Positions 63,270-64,000 of a stretch of 64,000 nucleotides of DNA are shown here, in pieces; positions within the stretch are counted from its first letter, which is position 1, and each line of letters starts with the position of its first letter. The position numbers and the translations under genes are program-made. Below the pieces are notes generated by a model. That model made no database searches. It was not told the DNA's origin and was given only the letters and a program-made list of their open reading frames with translations. Location: positions 129,331-193,330 of the forward strand of contig MFEQ01000004.1 of the NCBI GenBank assembly GCA_001777665.1, in the 5' to 3' direction. This stretch comes from Candidatus Doudnabacteria bacterium RIFCSPHIGHO2_02_FULL_42_25 (GTDB taxonomy: Bacteria > Patescibacteriota > Doudnabacteria > UBA920 > O2-02-FULL-48-8).

Positions 63270-63515
63270 ACGTGGTGTAAATTTTTTCACAAACAATCTG
63301 CCTTGATAACTTTTTAATTGCTTTTCTCGTTTCAAAGCTTCTTGGCGTGTGCCAACCGTTTCAGAATAGATAAGTTGCCACTCGCCGTCAAACCTTGAAG
63401 TATAACCCTTAAAAGTTTTTGAATTATGGAGATTTAATCGCACTTCGAGATTTATGGTTTGACCGATATAGATTTTACTAGCAGATTTATTATAAATTGC
63501 GTAAACAGTATACAT
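63249..63515 (-). CDS. GIY-YIG nuclease (stand-alone, 88 aa)
   Basis: YTVYAI..KIYIGQT.NL..RL..HN, EALKREKQLKS; stop codon lies inside the tRNA D-loop. Confidence 0.9.
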   Translation of the reverse strand: MYTVYAIYNKSASKIYIGQTINLEVRLNLHNSKTFKGYTSRFDGEWQLIYSETVGTRQEALKREKQLKSYQGRLFVKKFTPRSDVAQR

Positions 63516-63516
63516 A

Positions 63517-63561
63517 AGTCCCTCGCTCTACCTCCGCCAGCTGGCGGAGAGCTACGTCGGA
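63517..63561 (-). pseudogene. duplicated 5' half of tRNA-Asn with a 16-bp palindrome in the D-loop
   Basis: TCCGACGTAGCTC[TCCGCCAGCTGGCGGA]GGTAGAGCGAGGGACT versus tRNA TCCGACGTAGCTCAGCGGTAGAGCGAGGGACT. Confidence 0.85.
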
Positions 63562-63705
63562 ATAATAAACGAATACTGAACAATTTTAACAATTTTTTCT
63601 AAAATTATCAAGTAGCTAAACATGCTGATTTTTTCATTGTTTTTGGGCTGGACTCCCAATCAAGTTTTTGCTAAAATTGCTAGACAACTTCAAGGAGATA
63701 ATGCC

Positions 63706-64000
63706 GTGAACCGAGTGCTCGAACCCGAGGAATTGATGGATGAAGTAGCCCAGGCGGAGGCATACGCCACATCGGATTTCGCCGAACCCCACGAGGCGTT
63801 TGTCACGCGCTTCGCCGAAACCTTTCCAGATTTCAGTAGCGGTAAAGTAGCCGACCTGTGCTGCGGACCCGCGGATCCGACGATCCGGTTTGCTCGCAGG
63901 TACCCTGATACTTGTGTCGTGGGTTACGATGGCGCAGAGTCCATGCTCACTTTTGGGAGAAAGGCTGTGACGCAAGCGGGACTCGATTTTCGGATCAGCT
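63706..64000 (+). CDS. class I SAM-dependent methyltransferase (3' truncated by window edge)
   Basis: Translated by hand: MNRVLEPEELMDE..YATSDF..VADLCCGPAD..VGYDGAESML; SD AAGGAG. Confidence 0.75.
   Translation, partial: MNRVLEPEELMDEVAQAEAYATSDFAEPHEAFVTRFAETFPDFSSGKVADLCCGPADPTIRFARRYPDTCVVGYDGAESMLTFGRKAVTQAGLDFRIS

Noticed and set aside
63634-63975. 113-aa minus-strand ORF
   Set aside because: Antisense shadow of the plus-strand SAM methyltransferase starting at 63706.
1-64000. Alternative genetic code (UGA = Gly, as in Gracilibacteria/Absconditabacteria)
   Set aside because: Long conserved genes are intact under code 11, and several end at TGA at the expected position (e.g. cyoB, ileS, pcrA).

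Overview
A 64-kb chromosomal window from a low-GC bacterium with a reduced gene set and standard code 11. It is most likely Patescibacteria/CPR (inferred from the PrgI/VirB4/VirB6-like cluster and the general gene content). Housekeeping genes include clpC, comF, recQ, recG, rsmA, pcrA, recO, ileS, argS, smpB/ssrA, infC-rpmI-rplT, dinB and msrB, plus four tRNAs. The window also holds a CPR-type T4SS-like operon, a cytochrome bo3-type quinol oxidase operon (cyoABCDE), an Ile T-box, and a cobalamin riboswitch upstream of a transcobalamin-like surface protein. Three observations stand out. (1) Several families of tiny palindromic elements are inserted in frame inside conserved proteins (msrB, pcrA, dinB twice, rsmA) and inside RNA sequences (tmRNA, a tRNA fragment), with matching intergenic copies and one filled/empty site pair. 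(2) Single-gene cassettes (GxxExxY nuclease, four-helix-bundle protein, tRNA-targeting GIY-YIG nuclease) are each bounded by their own repeats, and orphan repeat arrays occur elsewhere. (3) The quinol oxidase keeps its metal ligands and D-channel but appears to have lost three K-channel residues and carries a menaquinol-type Glu. All family assignments come from motif recognition by eye, not from database searches.
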